Shown here piece by piece: positions 11,697-25,204 of a stretch of 64,000 nucleotides of DNA. This stretch comes from Polymyxa betae A26-41 (Eukaryota; Protista; Endomyxa: Phytomyxea). Position 1 is the first letter of the stretch. Every line of letters begins with the position of its first letter. Made by a program: the position numbers and the translations under genes. Location: positions 1 through 64,000 of the forward strand of contig RBZT01000794.1 of the NCBI GenBank assembly GCA_003693705.1, read 5' to 3'. The notes beneath the pieces were generated by a model. The model saw nothing but the letters and a program-made list of their open reading frames with translations, did not search any database and was not told the DNA's origin.

Positions 11697-14600
11697 ATGA
11701 CCATTGCCAACAATAGCCCAGCTGAGATCGAGCAGCTGCTGTTGCAGCTCACAGTTCCGGACACCAATGCCGTCCGCATCGCCACTAAACACGTACTGGC
11801 ACTGCTCTCTCTCACTCCCCTTAACCTGATCTTCATCTTTAGTTGAAGAAAATCCTGTCGAAGGTGTCGTCGGTTGCCAACCTGCTCTGTGTTCTGTCGA
11901 CGAGCGCCAATGCCAACTCCAGACAGCTGAGCGCCGTCTACCTGCGGAAGCGGATCGGGGCGCACTGGCCCCGGCTGCAGCCGGCCGAGAAGCAGCAGAC
12001 ACAGGCCGTCCTCCTGGAGCGGTTCATTCAGGAGCCCGAACGCCAGGTGAAGAACGCCATCGGCGGCGTCGTCACGGTCGTCGCCAAATACTCGCTCGCC
12101 AACGGTGAGCGCCTCCCATCGCCTTGCGCCGCCTTTCCGCTCAGATCTGTTCCCAGGCGGATGGCCGCATCTCCTCCCCTTCTTGGAATCGCTCTGCAAA
12201 CATAACGACGCCGTCATGCGCGAGATGTCGTATCGCGTCTTCCGCATCCTTCTCAGCACGATGGGTTCGTCATCGAGTCTGTCGCCTTCATCGCTAATCT
12301 CCCTTCAGGCAAAACCATGCGAGCCCATCTCGCCGTCCTCCGCGCTATGTTCCACGCCGGCCTCGAAGATCCGGCGCTGTGCGTCAAGACCGAAGCGTTG
12401 AAGGCGCTCGGGACGATGGCGCAGTTCTTAGACGATCCAGCGACGTTGGAATGGTTCCAATCGGTCCTCGAACCGATGCTCTGCGCCCTGCAAGCTTGCG
12501 TCGTTAATCAGGCCGATTCCGAGGTCGCCATCCTGGCGTTGGAGGTGCTCGAAGAGCTCGCCGACGACCCTAAGGACGTCCTGCAGGCGAAGCTGGCGCC
12601 GATAGTGTCGAGCGTGTTGTCGATCGCCGCCAACCCGAACGTCGAGATGGATGTTCGCGAACGCAGCGCCGTCATGATCTCGTCGGTGATCGACCATCGC
12701 GCCGCCGCCTTGATGGAGTCGCCAACCTTGATCGAGCAGCTGATCAACGCGTCGATGACGATCCTGCTGGAGAGCTGCAACGCCGCCCTGGAGGCGAACC
12801 GCGACCAGCCCGATGACGACGACGATGATGACGACGACGACGAGTTCAGCAGCAACTGCCGCGGCATCGCCGTCCAGATCCTCGATCAATGCGTCCTGAA
12901 CCTCCCGGACGTCTTCATCTATCCTCTTGTGATGTCGGCTATCAGCACTATGATGTCTCCAGCGAACGCCAGCCCGGCTTCGCGTCGCGCCGCGCTCTTT
13001 GCCTTGATGGTCTCGATCGAAGGCGCCGCCAACTCCATGAAGGCCGATTTTCAATCGATTCTGCAGCTCGTCTTACAGGGTCTCAGCGACGCCGATTCCG
13101 TCGTTCGTGAGGCCGCCTGCCTCGCCATCGGCCAGCTGTCCGACCATATGACCGAATCTATGACCCAGCACCATACCAACGTCATACAGGCCATCGTCGC
13201 CTGCATGGAGCATCCGTCGTCGACGGTGAAGGTGAAGCGCAAGCTGTGTCTGGCGATTGAAGCGATGTGCACGGAGCTGGACGGCGGCGCTTGCTGTGAA
13301 TACGCGCCGGTCCTGATGCAGCGTTTGTTCCAACTGATGCAGCAGCACTCGGACAAGCTGCAGCTGCTCGAGGCCGCCATCAACGCTGTCGCCGCCGTCG
13401 CCAAGAACACCGAGGCCGAGTTCAAGCCGTTCTTCGAGCAGACCGTCACGTTCCTGCATTCGGCCATGAAATCGGCCGATGAGAATCACGCCTCGTTGAA
13501 GGCAGCCGCCATGCAGTGCGCCGGCGCCGTCCTCCTATCGACCGGTGAGACTGGCCCCTGTCTGCCGCTCATGCAGCTGTCGTTGGACACGTTCCAGAAC
13601 ATCAACGATCCCGCCGTTCGTGAAGGCGCGTTCCATTTCTGGTCGCAGATCTGCCAGCTGTTGCAGGCGGATTTCGCCCCGTATATTGAGACGGTCGTGC
13701 ATCTCTGCCTGGAGGTGATCGACTCCGAAGACGGAATGAACTTCAAATCGACCAAGGCCGATCTGAACGCCGAATTCGGCGGCGGTTCGGCGTCGTCCGA
13801 CGATGAAGACGAAGACGAATCGCTGGGCGAACACACCAACGACGGTTCCGGCGGCGTCGACGACAACGACGACGACTTCGATCGGAACGTGCGCTGCTCG
13901 ATTCTGAGCGGGTACCTGGACGAGAAGGTCGCCGCCGTCGACTGCTTGACCGCCATCTGCCGCTGTACTGGCCCGAACGCCATCAAGTACTTCGACCACG
14001 TCCTCGAGTGTTTCGAGCTGCTGGCCGAGTACCCGCACGAGAACGTCCGCCTGGTGGCGATGAAGGGTCTGCACGACCTGGTTCAGCAGGCGCGCGTCCT
14101 TTATCCGTCCCCTCAGGACGGTCAGGTGTCGAAACAGGCCCAGGACTACGTGGATCGCGTCATGCCTATTCTGGTGACGCTCGTGACCGACGACGAGTCC
14201 CGGGATGTGGTGGCGTCGTCGCTGGACGCCGTACTGTCCCTGGTGCTGAAGTACCGCAGCGAATGCGTGGCAGTGTTCCAGGAGCATATCACGGACGTGA
14301 TCCGGATGGTGAAGACGATCATCGATTGCGAATCGGAATGCGACAAGTACCCGATCGCCGATGTTGAGAAGGACAGCGTCCTGGATTCGGCCTGCGATCT
14401 GATCGGCGGCCTCGCTATGGCTTTCAAGGCGAATTTCGTCCCCATGCTGGACCAGCTGATGGCGTCGATTCTGGCGCGATTCAACAAGGGCGATCAGCTG
14501 ACGCAGGCGCTGTTATTGGGCGCGCTGGGTGAAGCCGCCGAAGCCCTGGAAGGCGCGATCGGTCCCGCCCTCGGCCACATCCTTCAGTTATCGTTCAACT

Positions 14601-15145
14601 CGGTCTCCTCCGACCATGCGCGTCTGAGGCGAAACGCGGCGTTCTGCTCCGGCGCCTGCTTCATGGCTGTCGCTTTGGACGGCGCCATGGCTTCGCAGTT
14701 CCTCAACCATCTCATGCAGATTTGCGCTCATCTCGTCAACATTCAGAGCTCCGACGAACACGTCTTGGCCGCCACCGATAACGTCTGCAGCGCCCTCTGC
14801 AAACTGATCTCGGGACCTTCGAGCAGCGCGCTCAGCTACGATGTCGATGCCGTGTTCAAGACGATCATGATGCTGTGTCCATTGAAGAACGATATGGACG
14901 AATGCAAGTTCGTTTATCGAACGTTGGGAATGTTGTGGCCGTCGCTGAAGCAGCAGCCGCAATTCGCTATGTCCATGCTGCAGGTGTTGTCGTCGGCAGT
15001 GTTGAACGCCGAGTTCGATGCCGACCTGAAGGCGTCGCTGGCGCCGACTTTTCAGATGGTGGTGAAATCGTACGCCAAGGATCTGGATCTATCGGTTCTG
15101 TCACCATTACAGGCGGAGCTCTGCCGCCAGGCTCTGCAGCATTAA
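11697..15145 (+). CDS. IPO4: Importin-4/Kap123-like importin-beta family HEAT-repeat protein
   Basis: EQLLLQLTVPDTNAVRIAT, RQLSAVYLRKRI, GWPHLLPFL, VREAACLAIGQLSDH, acidic loops, YLDEKVAAVD, RRNAAFCSG, ATDNVCSAL. One 2.8-kb final exon. Confidence 0.88.
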
Positions 15146-15228
15146 ATTGTTATAGATAAATTCATCATCTTATTGTCGTAATTTGTTTCGAATCGATAAA
15201 CGTGCCTTCTACATACAAATGCTTTGTT

Positions 15229-17067
15229 TTATCTATTGAAGAAGCAGGCGCCATCCGGGGTGATTCGCAATCGAGGTGATTCCAATCGGAACTTGAACGT
15301 CATGAGCGAGTACTGCATCGAGACGGGCGAATCGACATGAATGCACGCCGATGGAACCCAGCCGAATCTGGCACGAATCGGAAGCCATCGATCACCGAAT
15401 CGTAGCAGCAACCCCGAATGGTCGTTATGCGCCATGAATGCGAAATACCAATAGCATGTGCTACAGATACAGATCAGAATGTGACGGATACAATAGCACG
15501 AGCAGACTTTGGATCTTTGATGCCGCCTTCGGATTGCTCGTGACGATCATCGAGAATGAAAACCGAATCGCCTTTGTTGACGAGCAGCAATAGCTCTTGT
15601 GGTGCGTAATTTGCGATCGAGTATTGCCTCCCCTTGAGATGGATCAGTACGGCCCAGATAGAAGTCGAGAGGTTACTTGATGGCTGCCGAAAGATGGCGG
15701 TGACGAATGGCAGCCTTTGGTGAAGTGATGGATGCTGCGACGGGAACCATCGAATGCGTCGGAGCACGTCCCAGCTGGAATCATGAAGGCAAAATCGTCG
15801 CTGTTCACGCAAGCGAAGGCGACGTCTTCAAAGAACAGATAAGCGCGCCTCATGCTAAACAAAGAGATTTTCACCTATTAAAAATCATTGAGACAAAGCA
15901 ATTCGACAGAAAGAGAACAAGCTGCAAACAAAATCAGCAAAAAATTTTACTCGTTGGGAGATACGATTGCCTAATGGCTGGATGAGCTCATAGCGATAGC
16001 ATCGTTCAATGCGAAACAGGCGACGAAGCGCATACGCTGCCTCGACGGTCATCAGAAAGATGACGACGCTGCCATCCTTCGACGTTTTCGGGCGCGGCTT
16101 CCCAAACCTAGCACGTTTTCAGATACAGAGCTACTTCTAGGCTCAAAATGGGTCACTTTTTCTTGAGCTGATCTTGGATTCGTCTCTTGTTAACATCATA
16201 CATAAAGCGTTGAGTTAAATACCTGAACGGAAATAAGCTGAAAGCCCGAAAAACGATTTAAAGGACAGACTTCTGTTTCATTTTCTGACTGGCTTTGACG
16301 AAGTCGTCGATTAATGCTGATTTTATAGGTGTTGGAAACGGACGCCCCTGAATCGCATTGTGTTGGAGATGATCCAGATGGGAAGGCGGCGTTCGGTTCA
16401 AAACGTCGAGCGGCTGCGTCGTTGATCGTTTCTGGGAGCCATCTGGAGAAAAACGTTCAACATTCCATCTATCAAACTCAAGCGAAACCGTGCCTGTGAA
16501 ATAATCGGGGCCAGCACCGAGTTCGTTCGACAAGGGATGGTACGACCGAGCTGCTGATGATGTCGAAGGATGATACGAAGCAGCAACAGGCAGCTAAATG
16601 ACGTCAGACCGGATTAAGGCGCCCTGAAAACGCTTACTTGATGGACATCGCCAGAGCCCCATAAATCATCTGCGAATGAGATTAACAGCCATTAGGGTTT
16701 AGGGTTTAGGCGACCTGCCTTCGTTATTGCTATCATCAGTTCCATCATTAGCATGATCCTAATTGCAATCAAGCTCATTCGAAACTTTGGTGAATTTTTG
16801 TTATACATTGATGGCCTCGAGCTGATTCTCGTGGTCGCCGTCTCTATACGACCTACCATCCATTAAGCCGAATCCGCTGCAGCAGCGATCTGCTCGATTA
16901 CGATTCCGAGCTGGTGTCGCTCGGCATGACGCCTCTTCGCTCTTTGTCTGCGATCCTCCCAGCCAACGAGTCGGGCTCTCTCTCCGGAATGCGCTTTTAT
17001 CGCTTTGAAAGGAAGGGGGTAGGGTTTAGGGTTTGCTGAGTAACGTTAATGGGCTGCTCAACGTCAT
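15229..17067 (-). CDS. Multi-exon hypothetical protein
   Basis: Chain of minus-strand coding segments linked by GT/GC-AG introns (e.g. about 16670-16718). No family recognised; start uncertain. Confidence 0.45.
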
Positions 17068-17097
17068 TATGCAATCGTCTCTCTCATACTCATAACA

Positions 17098-19412
17098 ATG
17101 GCGAGAATGCCACACGAGCCGACGAAAGCGAAAGCTATTGCGCCTTCGAACAAGGCTGGGCCGAGCCCGGGCAGCAATCTGTCTACGGCGACCGTGTTTC
17201 TGGTTTGTTTAACCGTGTTCGGATCGACGATGAGCCGGTCTATCTCTGGTGGCGATGCTGGTGAATTGGCTGTCTCTGCTTGTCAGCTGGGTGTGGCTCA
17301 TCCTCCTGGTTATCCATCGTTTACATTTTTGTATCATCTCGTCTGGAGATATGCCAAGATCATGTTCGATCCATTCGCTGTCAATGCTGCCCTCGTTTTC
17401 AATTTCACTTCTGTCGTTATAATGTCGCTCGGCATCGCCCTGCTATCCTCTTCTATTTTCGATTTGACCAGATCTCATATAATATCAACAATCACATCGT
17501 TAACGTTCGGATTTTCTCCAACCGTTTGGCTTTATTCTGGTAATTAACTCGGTCACGCTTAAGGCAGTGTTGACATTGTTTAGGACAGGCGGAAGTCTTT
17601 GCACTTCATATCTTCTTTATGGCATTACTGCTTAGAACGCTCTTCTGGGTTTCTGCCGCTCCAAGCTTACAACGCGCTGCCCTGTTCTATTTCATCGCTA
17701 GCCTGACGCTCACAAACCAGCACACCTCGATCTTATTTGTAGTGCCTTTCAGTGTCCTTCTTTTGTTTCGTGAATGGCGCTTGCTGTGTCGTACGAAAGC
17801 TCTCGCTTTGGTGGCGTTCAGCGTTGTTGCTGGCATGTCTCCCTACCTATTATTGCCATACTTCTCTTCTCAGCATAATCTGGATTCTTGGGGAGATCTG
17901 ACCACCTTGGAGGGATTCCTTCGACATCTCTTACGTCAGGAGGTAATCGACACCATCTTATTCAAACGCTCACTTTCTAACATGAGATCAAGTATGGGAC
18001 CTTTCAACTAGCTTCAACGGAAATCGCCACCAACCATCCATTCCTCTCAAGAATTCTGATATACGCTCAGCATTCGCTATCCGAATCCCGCTACATTTTT
18101 GCAGTAATGGGGCTGTTTGGAAGTTTCATCTCAATGTATTCGAAAGCGTTTTCACAGCATCGACACGCTCTCGTATCGCTGGCAGTAGCGTACTGCTTTT
18201 ATATTGGTGTCTTCCATTACCTGGCTAATCTGGATCTCACGCCCTTCCTGCTTGGCGTTCAAATGAGGTTCTGGATGCAGCCCAACATGGTGGTCTGTCT
18301 CTGGGCCAGTCTGACCTGGAGCTGTCTCCGATCTCGACTCCGCTATGCAATCGATGCAGTTGCTGTTGCTGCTCTAAGCATGCAGATTGCACAGAATATG
18401 GCCAGCCGAAATTTCAGCGATGAATCCGCGATTCGCGCTTATGGCGAATCTGTAATGAAGTCGCTGCCGCCCAATTCGATCGCCTTGCTGAACGGCGATC
18501 TAAATAATAACGCTGTGAAATACTTGGCTGGCTGCGAAAACGATCGCAGCGATCTGAGGCTTATTAGTTTGCAGCTAATGTCATGGGAATGGTTCATACC
18601 GACACAGGCTCGCCATTATCCAGGCGTCGTTTTCCCAGGTGAAGTGTATCACCCGTATAGAAACCATGGATTCTCTATTCTGCAGTTCCTCGAAGCCAAT
18701 CAAGAACGATTTTCAATATTCCTTTGCGGCAGCTGGAAACTAGGTGATGATTCTCATCAGCAACTATATGACGTATGTCGTTGTACAGTATCTGTTCGCT
18801 TCACTTACCTGATCATAGCTAATTCCCAGCGGAATCTGTAACAAAGTTGTTCGGAAAAACCAACAGCCTTCCGATCGGGATCGGGCACGGATCGTCAAAC
18901 GAGGCGCCTTAACATTGCCTGTGCTCGGCAAATTCGAAGCGAGTCGGATCACGCCGGATCTCTGGGAATCCATTGTTTACAACGATGTCTGGCAAAGAAG
19001 AGTCACTCATTTCAATGAATTAGCAGGTACGTACGACCTTTTTCCGCAACAGTGATAGGTTTCTGATTCTTTTCAGTTTATGCGGCGGGCCCTTCGGGAG
19101 CCTCGAAAAAGGATTTGAAAATAGCAGCGAAACTTGCCGAAGCGCTCTTTGAGGAAACACCTGCGGATGTCGACCTATTACAACCAGAAATATTTCGTAA
19201 TGCTGGCGTCATATTCGGTAATTTACGCTGAAGTTGTTGATCTGCTTTCATCACAGTCTACAGGTTTGTATAGCGTTCACAATCAGATATATGAGCAGCG
19301 AATGCTACATTCGTGGGTAAGGTATCTTAATCTGACAAATAAACCTGACCAAGCCATCACTAATCTCGTGCAACAAAAGTATAATCCATATCGAAGCACC
19401 ACTGTTGCATAA
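17098..19412 (+). CDS. TMEM260: TMEM260/DUF2723 GT-C fold protein O-mannosyltransferase-like
   Basis: [78 protein letters not shown]; multiple TM helices. Confidence 0.92.
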
Positions 19413-19841
19413 CTGTGGTTAAATTAATGAGTAAACTGAATGATTGCAAATCTCAGATTAATTCACTTCTGCATTTACCACCTTCGGTCTCTTGCCGACG
19501 TCCTCTGATGGAGGGGGCTTCATTCTTGGGTTCGAAAAAGCTAATAGGAATTTTAGCTATTCCAACAGTTTCTTTTATTGTACAGATTAGGGTGACAGAC
19601 AATTTGCCTGTCCCATCTGTTCACACTCTTTTGCTTCCTGAGAAAATCATCTCGCTTTATCTCCACCAAGGCCAACGCCACAATCTGTTGATCTCCCTTC
19701 CAACATTATCGTTCGACTAATCACCTCATATCACACTGACTACTGCTCTTGCTGTGAGCCCGCTCAAAAAGGGGAATTTACGTTACTTATACGTACATAT
19801 TTTCAAGACAGCGCGGCTCCACCTCTCATTTGAATCCCATC

Positions 19842-21220
19842 ATGACTTTCGATAACAAAAGCTGGGTGCCCGTGTCGGAATCGAGCGATTTCCCATTGGA
19901 AAATCTGCCCTATGGCGTCTTCTCCCATCGTCGTGTCGTGCAGGACCAGATCGGGGTCGCCATTGGTGACATGGTCCTGAGTCTGTTCGAGGTCGTCGAA
20001 TCCGGCATCTTATCAACACTGCTGCCCGAACATGTTCTCAACGCGCTACAAAGCCCGACTTTGAATGATTTCATGTCTCTGGATCCGCAGGATTGGCGCT
20101 CGACTCGTGAGGCCATCACGAAGCTTTTGTCGAAGGCTGAAGGGCAGATGCTACGCGACAACCAGGCTCTTGTCCATCGTGCTTTGATTCCTCAGAAGGA
20201 GGTGGCTATGCTTTTACCAGCCACGATTGGCGACTACACCGACTTCTACTCGTCTAGAAGCCATGCTACCAATGTCGGTATCATGTTTCGAGGGCCCGAG
20301 AATGCTCTAAATCCGAACTGGCTTCACATGGTAATCTTGCTTAAAGCTCTCTGATTTTCAAAGTTAATTTGTATACAGCCGATTGGTTATCATGGTCGAG
20401 CTTCGTCGGTGGCTGTTTCCGGAACTGATATCGTCCGGCCTAAAGGCCAGATTCGACCTGAAGAGGATAAAGCCCCGGTTTTCGGTCCATGCCGCAATCT
20501 GGACTTCGAGCTTGAGGTCGCCTTCTTTGTTGGAGGCTGTAATGTTCGCGGCTATCCGATCGAGATGAAAGACGCCAAGCGTCACATCTTCGGAATCGTT
20601 CTCATGAACGACTGGTCGGCCCGCGATATTCAGAAATGGGAATACGTCCCCCTGGGTCCATTCAATGGCAAGAATTTCGGGACGAGCATCTCACCTTGGG
20701 TTGTGACCATGGATGCATTGGCGCCTTTCATGACGGCAGCCGAGACTCAGGTCCCAGAGCCTCTTCCCTATCTGCAAGATCCCGAACATTGTGCCTACGA
20801 TATCAACCTGAAGATCGACCTGAAGCCTGAGAAGGGCGAATCGTTAACAATCTGCCAATCGAATGCCAAACATTTGTATTGGTCGTTCAAGCAGCAGCTC
20901 GTTCACCATACGTCCACCGGATGTAATGTTCGACCTGGAGATTTGATGGCGTCGGGAACTATTAGTGGGCCAGTACATAGTCTGCGATGACAAGAATGGC
21001 TCGTTATTAACTTGATTGCTAGGAGCCGGGCTCGTTCGGGTCCATGTTGGAGATTTGCTGGAAAGGGACCAAGCCGCTTAAGATGCCGGATGGATCGGAG
21101 CGCCGCTTCCTGGCTGATGGAGATACGGTGATCATTACCGGCGAGTGCAAATCGGAACGGGTCCCATACAAGATCGGTTTCGGGTCCGTTTCTGGCAAGA
21201 TTCTGCCTGCGCTACAATAG
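19842..21220 (+). CDS. FAH: Fumarylacetoacetase, 3 exons
   Basis: [76 protein letters not shown]. Confidence 0.97.
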
Positions 21221-21469
21221 AATTTTTTTAATTGCTACTGTCGTAATACAAAGTTGGCTTTCCTGACCAAATAAAAAGGAGTTGACCGACGGTTGAGTTT
21301 GTTTTTATCGATGTCAGCATTTTATTGATTCCTCAAAACATCCTTATTTATTCGCCAAAATTCCTCTTATATCACAGACCAAAGCAATAGATTTTTAATC
21401 CCGTCAATTGCCGACGGGTCAAATAGACCCGACAAAACAAAAAATTATTTTTCACTGTTGATCCTTCTT

Positions 21470-22645
21470 GATGTCGGAAACTGATTGGTCGGAGGACGAG
21501 GTTCGCCGCTTCATTGAAGACGAAGCTGATACGGAATCATATTTCGTCAAGCTCGACGACCGCAGACGTCAGCGGTCGGGAAAGCAGTTCAATGTAATAG
21601 GAGAAATCGTCTCGATGAACTCGGTATTTTTGTTACTTCAGAAAAACAATGGTTAATTTGAAGCTCAGATGGAACCCAAAGATGCGAGTAAGCATCCATA
21701 TCTCGTCATCGGGCTGCGAGATCTGTATAACAACACGGTGAAGCCGGTGGTAATTTTTCACAGCGAGCGGCTAAGAAGAGAGCTGGAGAGCGGCGACATC
21801 ATCGTGCTCGAAGGAGCATGGGGTCGTAAATATACAAACTTGTGTAGAAGTAATTCTGATTGAGAAGAAAACGTACAACTGACTGTGATACAGAGCAACA
21901 GACGCGTTTTTATATAGCAACAACCGTCAATCCTCTTTTAAAAAAAGAAATTTACATGATCCGTCGAGGAAAAAAAAATGACCCTCAAAGGTGGCATTTA
22001 ATTAAACATACCGGTAGGTTTAAAAACCTGGTGCCCAAGGCCGAAACCCAAACAATCAGCGACCCTGTTCCAATATACGCGTGTCGATCATTACGATCAA
22101 TTAAACTAAAAATCCTGATTTAAGATCAGGAGTTAAGACCCGTTGTCAAACCTAAAATGTACAAAGAGAAACAGAGGAACCTCTTAGGTACTGTGAAACT
22201 TCATTGGCATACATAATACGACGTCAGAGACAACGCAATCTGTGTCATACGAATCTACCTTCAACCGACCTTTGCAGGTCGAAGATCTCGACATATAGAG
22301 TGAGCCATTGCAGCCGCCATTACCGCCAATAAATATCGAGCTCGTCTCAACGAGCTCACTCAACCTTGTCTTCATACGAAGCCCAAATTTGAAATGAACT
22401 GTGCTGGAGGCCGCCACCCCCATTTCAGACACTCTGACGCGAGAGGCCGCTACCCCCTCTTCAGTTGAATACAATAATCCAAAAATGAAATAAAAGACCT
22501 TTTAATGTGTCATTTTACTATTAAAAGACCTTTTAATGTGTCATTTTTGGATTAGGGTTTGTCATTTTTGGAAAATAATTTGTCATTTTTGGATTATGGT
22601 ATTCAACTCTCTTCAAACACTCTCTCATTACTCGGTCTGCTTTAG
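21470..22645 (+). pseudogene. Decayed multi-exon gene of unknown family, interrupted by a MITE
   Basis: MSETDWSEDEVRRF... exon, intron, then KNNG*FEAQMEPK (in-frame TAA 21654-21656). Later EAATPISDTL/EAATPSS[NTL] repeat split by the insertion at 22464-22607. Confidence 0.45.
22464..22607. mobile_element. MITE (~145 bp) with ~25-bp TIRs and target-site duplication
   Basis: GTTGAATACAATAATCCAAAAATGA versus TCATTTTTGGATTATGGTATTCAAC (1 mismatch). Flanks CCTCTTCA / TCTCTTCA. Internal repeats AAAAGACCTTTTAATGTGTCATTTT x2 and TGTCATTTTTGGA x3. Confidence 0.85.
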
Positions 22646-24162
22646 TAAATCGAAGCGATGATGTTCACTCTGGTAATTCATTGTTTATGAAATGCTAAGC
22701 GACATCCACGAAGCTTCATTCTTGGGCATAGCCCGGTTTAATTTAGCTTTATCTCCATTCGTCTACTATGGACGCGACCAATGTGGCAATGACAGACGTC
22801 TTCATCAAGTTTCTAGATGTTTCCTTCAGGACATCCTATAGAAACCTGTTGTCTTTCATTTTTTGGCATTCGACGAATCCTACTCTCGCTCCCTTCGGAT
22901 CAGTTTATTGCTCAGGCATGAAACTCGGAAAACGTGGCTTTTGCAGCATCACTAAAAACGCTGATATCATCCCTTAAGTTTTGTTGGCATGTCAGTTTTG
23001 CAGCACCAAATTGGAATTGCACAGAGAAGTTCAATTTTTTGACCGTAGATGCTGGGCTTTGTCGCTGGTTGGAATCTTCATAACATCTAATCTTATCATA
23101 GAGCTTTAGTTCATATTGCTCTAACATGATTGAATCAACCTTTGACGTATTCCTGCTGAAGTTTGGTTGACCCAATCGCCCAGCTTGCTAATCGTCGAAA
23201 CTCGAAACTATGAAGGCCGGCATCATGGACATCTTTGAGAAGGAGCTTTGGAGCTACAACTCGATGGGCCAGCAAGATGGTCCTCTCGATCAACATTATC
23301 TATCTGCAGGAAAATTATTCCTCATGCTTGGGCTTTAGGCAGCGGCATTGGGACTCGACGAGGAGCTATCTCGAAATTCAACATTCATAATGTCAACGAA
23401 ACGTGGTCGCATCGTTGACTTTTTAACCATTTTTAGACAGTTAATTTTGGACATCGAAAAAGTCACTCTTAAATCTATCGTCCTTGCATGCGACTGTTAC
23501 CAAGGAACTTCTTCGACTCAGCTATCACGAACAACATCTGTAAAACGATCTAAAAGCATCATCAGATGTCTCAATCCGCCCGTCGATACACTCTAAAGCT
23601 CGTTTACAATTCTGATTGAACATGGGATCCTTGAAAAGCTATCGTAAATCAAATTAAGCATTGCTGCTTTTGTCAAAAGCAGATTTCGCTCTATTACGAC
23701 GCTAGGAATGACCTCTCTCGCCGCCATTCGTCCCAAAACCAGTCTTGCTTAGAATTGCCCTCAAAAGAGACTCAATATACAACGAGACTTGCTAACTGTT
23801 GACAGCTACAATTCAACCAACATTCTCGCGAAATGGTTTTAGCGATAGCTGCTCCAACTTGTACAATAATAGTTTATCTGGAATTTAAAAAAAAAAGTTC
23901 ATCGATTTTCATAAAAACTCGCAATGATGGATATAATAGGTCGACGATGCGAATACGAATTTCACGATAGATACTGATCGGCTCGAATCAAAACACAAGT
24001 AAGAGCAGGAGCATTTTGATCAGCACAAACACGACGACGACCTGTTTCAGATAGAGAAGACGAAGTGAATATATTTGTAGGAGCGCTAAGATCCCGCCCA
24101 CGGAGTCCGCAGATTGCCGTCACGGTCGGATTCTTGCTCTCATTATCGCATCGAAGAGAGCC

Positions 24163-24755
24163 ATGGCGACGACGAAGGCGGTAGCCCCCAAGGACAAATC
24201 GGCCAACCCGATGCGCCAGATCTCCATCGAGAAGCTCGTCCTGAACATCTGTGTCGGTGGTGGTGATCGTCTGACCCGTGCCGCCACCGTTCTTAGAGAG
24301 CTTTCTGGCCAGGAGCCCGTCTTCTCTAAGGGTGTCTTTCTTATTTCGAAATCGTTTTCCGCTTTTTCTCATCGTTTCGTTTAGCTCGCTACACTGTCCG
24401 AACTTTCTCGATTCGTCGTAATGAAAAGATCGCGACCCACGTCACCGTCCGAGGTGAGAAGGCTGAGCAGATCGTGAACCTGGGCCTGCGTGTCAAGGAT
24501 TACGAAATCAAGGCCAAGAACTTCTCCGACACCGGCAACTTCGGGTTCGGTATCGAAGAGCACATCGACATGGGTGTCAAGTACGACCCGGCCGTCGGTA
24601 TCTACGGTATGGACTTCTACGTCGTCCTGTCCCGACCCGGTGGTCGTGTCTCCCGCCGTAAACATAAGCAGGGACGTGTGGGCAACCACCATCGCGTCAC
24701 CAAGGCTGATGCCATGAAATGGGTTCAGAGCACCTTCCAGACCGCCATCGTTTAA
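24163..24755 (+). CDS. RPL11: 60S ribosomal protein L11 (uL5), 2 exons
   Basis: [62 protein letters not shown]. Intron 24332-24384. Confidence 0.98.
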
Positions 24756-24780
24756 ATCTGAAAAATACAATTTCTTTATT

Positions 24781-25204
24781 CTAAGCTTGCTTGTCGCTCC
24801 TCAAGGTTCCATCGCCGCCCAGGCAGTTTGGCGATGGCTGATACTCGCTGCTGGCGCTCCATTGGGTGACAGTTCTTGCGACAATTGATAGAGCATGGAC
24901 GCCATTTTTAAGCTCGTTAGCGAGAGTTTCCTGGACAGAACGATGGCGAGCTAAGAGACCTTGTCCTTCGAAATCGTTCGATACGATAACGACTCGGAAA
25001 TGCGTCTGTTGAGAGGTTCAGCTTAATCGATTGGAAGCGCATTGAATCGACCTCCGAGCCTCTGGGAACGTTGTGAGAGGCGCTCTCGTTGATCACTTCC
25101 AGATGTTCAGGACGGAATCGCGCTGTCAGTTTGTCGCGGATCGAGGTGGCGATCGGCCCAGCCGGTGAAGCTATCTTGGTCGAGATCATGCGCGCCACTC
25201 TCAT
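24781..25204 (-). CDS. BolA-family protein (BOLA1-like), 2 exons
   Basis: KLTARFRPEHLEVINESASHNVPRGSE|THFRVVIVSNDFEG..RHR..VHALSI..SPNCLGG. Confidence 0.9.

Noticed and set aside
12428-14962. Long antisense ORFs over importin-4, and likewise over GPKOW, NDOR1 and DHX16
   Set aside because: Shadow ORFs caused by high GC3 codon bias; no recognisable domains.
16692-16710. True chromosome end or telomere fusion site
   Set aside because: Only 2-3 repeat units embedded within genes; no long array or head-to-head junction.
22610-23760. RIP-like C-to-T hypermutation suggested by many TAA/TAG/TGA interruptions
   Set aside because: The coding strand is ambiguous and there is no intact reference copy to polarise mutations.
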